DNA of 63,772 nucleotides, filler included, from Bigelowiella natans CCMP2755 (taxonomy: Eukaryota > Protista > Cercozoa): assembly GCA_000320545.1 (NCBI GenBank). It is 6 parts of 6 records of this genome, joined end to end, with 100 filler letters (N's around TTAATTAATTAA, not from the genome) between each part and the next. Parts side by side here need not be neighbours in the genome. Positions count along the whole stretch, not along the records: positions 53,106 to 60,563 come from ADNK01002882.1; positions 60,664 to 62,517 come from ADNK01003690.1; positions 62,618 to 63,772 come from ADNK01000106.1; 3 more parts are not named here. One strand, written 5' to 3'. Of the stretch, positions 60,398 to 63,772 are shown in pieces. The notes under the pieces are model-generated. The model was not told where the DNA came from. It worked only from the letters and a program-made list of their open reading frames with translations, and did no database searches. How positions within the stretch are numbered: the stretch's first letter is position 1; each line of letters opens with the position of its first letter. Position numbers and translations under genes: made by a program.

Positions 60398-61223
60398 TAG
60401 TAGTAGTATTAGTAGCCCTCACGTCCCAATCCCTGGAGATGACGATGATCATCATCCCCTTTGTGGGTGTGTGTGGGTGTTCTACAACTGTCCTTGAGAT
60501 TTCATTTTATGCGGGGTGGACGTGCGTATGGAAATTATTATAAGTCGCCCGTTTGTTTGGTCGNNNNNNNNNNNNNNNNNNNNNNNNNNNNNNNNNNNNN
60601 NNNNNNNTTAATTAATTAANNNNNNNNNNNNNNNNNNNNNNNNNNNNNNNNNNNNNNNNNNNNATAGCTTCTGCCAACATAGGATTATTCCAAAAACCTC
60701 CCCTCCAACCCCCCCCGGATATTTTAAACACTACATATATATATATAAATATATATATCCCGGGGGCTCTCCCCGCGGGGTTTTTTAGGGTCGCCTTTTT
60801 TGTGTCCCCCATGTCGCGGTCCGATATAGGAGTGTAGACCGGCATTTCCCGCATATACTTCCCCCCGTATAGGTTGGGAGGGGAAGATTTTCGAGGAAAC
60901 CAAGATAATAAAGGGGGGGTCTTAAGAGGCACTGACATTAGTCCCGTAGGGGGGGCCAAAGAAATGCTACCACCAATTGAAAAAAATTTCCTTGAAATTA
61001 AGAATCTCCCCGCCCCTATGAAGAAGACTTTGGGAATTTTTTTTTATCCCCATAACGCTCTCTTTGGGTCTGAAAATAAATACCCCGCAAATGAACCCCC
61101 CCCAATATATATATATTTATATATATATATATATATAACAAGCAATTTTTTTTGACAATAATTTGGAAGATAAAGAAGTTAAATTCTTTATTCTTCGTGC
61201 ATGAATCTTTTTTTTCCCCCCCC

Positions 61224-61267
<44 letters not shown>

Positions 61268-61437
61268 GGGAACCTGCTAAATCCACCACAGAGCAGAAGA
61301 CTCAGAAAAAAAGCACGTAAGAACCATCCTCCCAAATACTTTGATTAGACGTGATAGCAGAGCATGTGTTGCTTGCATATCGTCACAAAGAGATAAACTA
61401 CAATCCCACAGCTTAGGAATGGAAAAGTGTAGATTCT

Positions 61438-61484
<47 letters not shown>

Positions 61485-61900
61485 CGCACGCACATTCACT
61501 CTTCATGAACGTCCACATGACGTTTTTGAGCCCTCTCTTCCTTTACTTACTCCTCTGCCTTCTCGAAACTAAATAACAAAATGCGTCTGCAGCTGATCAT
61601 CCACAGTCACAGCACCAACGATGATGTGATTATATGTGATGATATGCAGGGATGGTTGGTACGAGCGGACCGAGCAGCTTTTTGCGAAACTACCATCGGA
61701 GCAAAAGATTAGGGTTGGGACGCAAGGAAATAGAGGAGTTTATACCACTGCAGGGCTCATGGCCGATACTCACGAATTGGTACTACACAATGAAGCGACT
61801 CGTGTGGGGATTGTGTGTGTGAGTGGTAGGATATTATAATGCGGAATCGACTCTAAGTCTATTTTACGGACTTTACCAACGGCAAATCAGAAAATATATT

Positions 61901-61945
<45 letters not shown>

Positions 61946-61952
61946 GTGAGTA

Positions 61953-62016
<64 letters not shown>

Positions 62017-62405
62017 ATATATTTATTGAAAAGAAGAAGTCAGCACGGCTTGCAGCATAGATGTGATGGTAAAATAATGCGCTCGTTTTATTCTCATCAA
62101 TTTCCCGATGATTCCCCCCATCTGTGAATAAAATAGTGGCAATGGTAATAGTAATAGGAGTAGGTAGGAGGAGCAGTGGTAGTAGTTGGAGTAACAATAT
62201 CTGCTAGGTTCCTGTAGTTGATTATGATGGCTGTGCCGTTCTATAAAAGGTAAAAGGATATATAAAAGAAATCGAAGCTAGGTTAAAAGAACATGAACCC
62301 AAGAAAACCGCACGTTCCTCAAGACCGGAGCCACCATCATCATCATCAACTCCATCATCCACCACTCGAATTCCTTCTTCTTCTTCTTCTTCTTCTTCTT
62401 CTTCT

Positions 62406-62437
<32 letters not shown>

Positions 62438-62617
62438 CTCCTCCTCCTCCTCCTCCTCCTCCTCCTCCTCCTCCTCTTACTCCGCTCTTTCTTCTCGGAG
62501 TGGCTGAGGAAGGACCGNNNNNNNNNNNNNNNNNNNNNNNNNNNNNNNNNNNNNNNNNNNNTTAATTAATTAANNNNNNNNNNNNNNNNNNNNNNNNNNN
62601 NNNNNNNNNNNNNNNNN

Positions 62618-63133
62618 CATACGCCGCGGCCACGGATCTTTGAAAGAAACGAATCGTAATACCGCTGCCATTCGATCCGTCGCGACAATCAGTGACTTGG
62701 CCATCGCAGCCTCAATGTCCTCCCACACTTTCTCCACGTTAGCTATCGTACTGCAGCATTCAGATGATGATGATGAGGAGGAGGAGGAGGAGGAGGAGGA
62801 GGAAGAAAGGGGAAGGAGGAAACGAGGGCATGAAGGCCGCTGCTACGCAATAAATCAAAGGCAGGCATTGTCGATGGAGGAGGACACGTTTAATACACCA
62901 TAGGTCTCTTCCACAAATGATTGGTACCCTTTCTCCTGAAGGCGCTCTAGAAGGGCCTGTGCCGAGACCTCGAATTCACTGTAATTCCACATCGCCAACA
63001 TGGTGTGCGTGCGTGCGTGCGTGCGTGCGTGCGTACAAAGACTACTTATTTCGCCATCTCATCGCAAATACATTCTCTACTAAATACCGCACGCGACCGG
63101 CGGTGACGACTCATCACTACACTGCACTGACGG

Positions 63134-63167
<34 letters not shown>

Positions 63168-63704
63168 ACCGTTGCTTCAGCGTGAAGTAGTAATCCGTCA
63201 GCAGGTACTCCTTTCCTTGCAATGATATCTTGTAGTGAGCTCGAAAAAGCATTCATCTCTCTCTCTCCCTCTCTCTCTAAAAGTTAAAGCGCAGGGGAAT
63301 GTAGTATACCGACAAATGCGCCATCCTTTTCCGTGTAATACCTTGAATAAAAATACCATGCACTGTCATCCTCCCTTCCTCCCACTCATAGCAGTAGAAA
63401 ACGAACAGGCAGCGGCAGAGCGTGGGGGAGACTTATTCCAGCACAGAGCGATGGATGTGTGCTGTGCTCGATAGTGATAATGGTGATGGTGGTGATGATG
63501 ATGATGATGATGGGATCGTGTCAAAACGACAATAGCATCGGACAATAGGCGGTCATCTCCCCTACCCACACAGTCCTTCAAAGCGTGCAGTAGTTATTCT
63601 GATTGATACATACCCTTCTCCATCCTCGTGCTCACCCCGAGATTTCGCTATCTCAGCAGCAGCATCGCCTAGAAGGAGGAAGGCGCTTAGGCGCTGATCA
63701 CGCA

Positions 63705-63746
<42 letters not shown>

Positions 63747-63772
63747 GAGAGGGCGAGAGAGAGAGAGAGAGA
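62618..63772 (-). CDS. Internal exons of a gene, possibly tubulin-tyrosine-ligase-like (ATP-grasp)
   Basis: Exons ISLQGKEYLLTDYYFTLKQR, EFEVSAQALLERLQEKG and TIANVEKVWEDIEAAMAKSLIVAT resemble the TTLL segment HLTNY...LW..I...V.K.LIA; similarity is weak. Confidence 0.3.

Noticed and set aside
59120-61250. Poly-C/G/A/T-rich ORFs (58810-59628 tail, 59123-59737, 60612-61155) and similar sequence at 52700-53005
   Set aside because: Looks like low-quality read sequence after homopolymers or at contig ends; translations are not credible.
61650-61805. Isolated exon-like segment on a short contig
   Set aside because: More than one frame is open, no motif is recognisable and the flanks are low quality, so it cannot be assigned.

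Overview
Eukaryotic nuclear DNA. It is intron-rich and full of microsatellites, and is six contigs joined by five artificial 100-bp N-TTAATTAATTAA-N linkers, so adjacency across gaps is not trustworthy. A plant/green-type stromal processing peptidase, an At4g37920/At1g36320-like protein with a signal+transit leader and a signal-peptide-led DnaJ suggest an alga with a secondary (complex) plastid; a chlorarachniophyte is my best guess (inference). Genes recognised by translating and splicing exons by hand: an RS-rich protein, a GMC oxidoreductase, SNAPC3/SNAP50, the At4g37920-family protein, a CS(p23/NudC)-domain + degenerate cyclophilin fusion that the ORF track misses, a class B DnaJ, alpha-tubulin, SPP, a WW-domain protein and several unknown multi-exon genes. 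Two halves of a young Ty3/Gypsy-like LTR retrotransposon family (near-identical, hairpin-dense LTRs) come from two separate insertions. Best leads: (1) the DnaJ leader ends in a ubiquitin-C-terminus mimic RLRGG just before the J-domain, a possible DUB-cleaved periplastid targeting system; (2) the CS-pseudocyclophilin fusion; (3) a recurring palindrome-rich signature in spacers between convergent genes; (4) the structured LTR/PPT. No database searches were run and exon models are manual.
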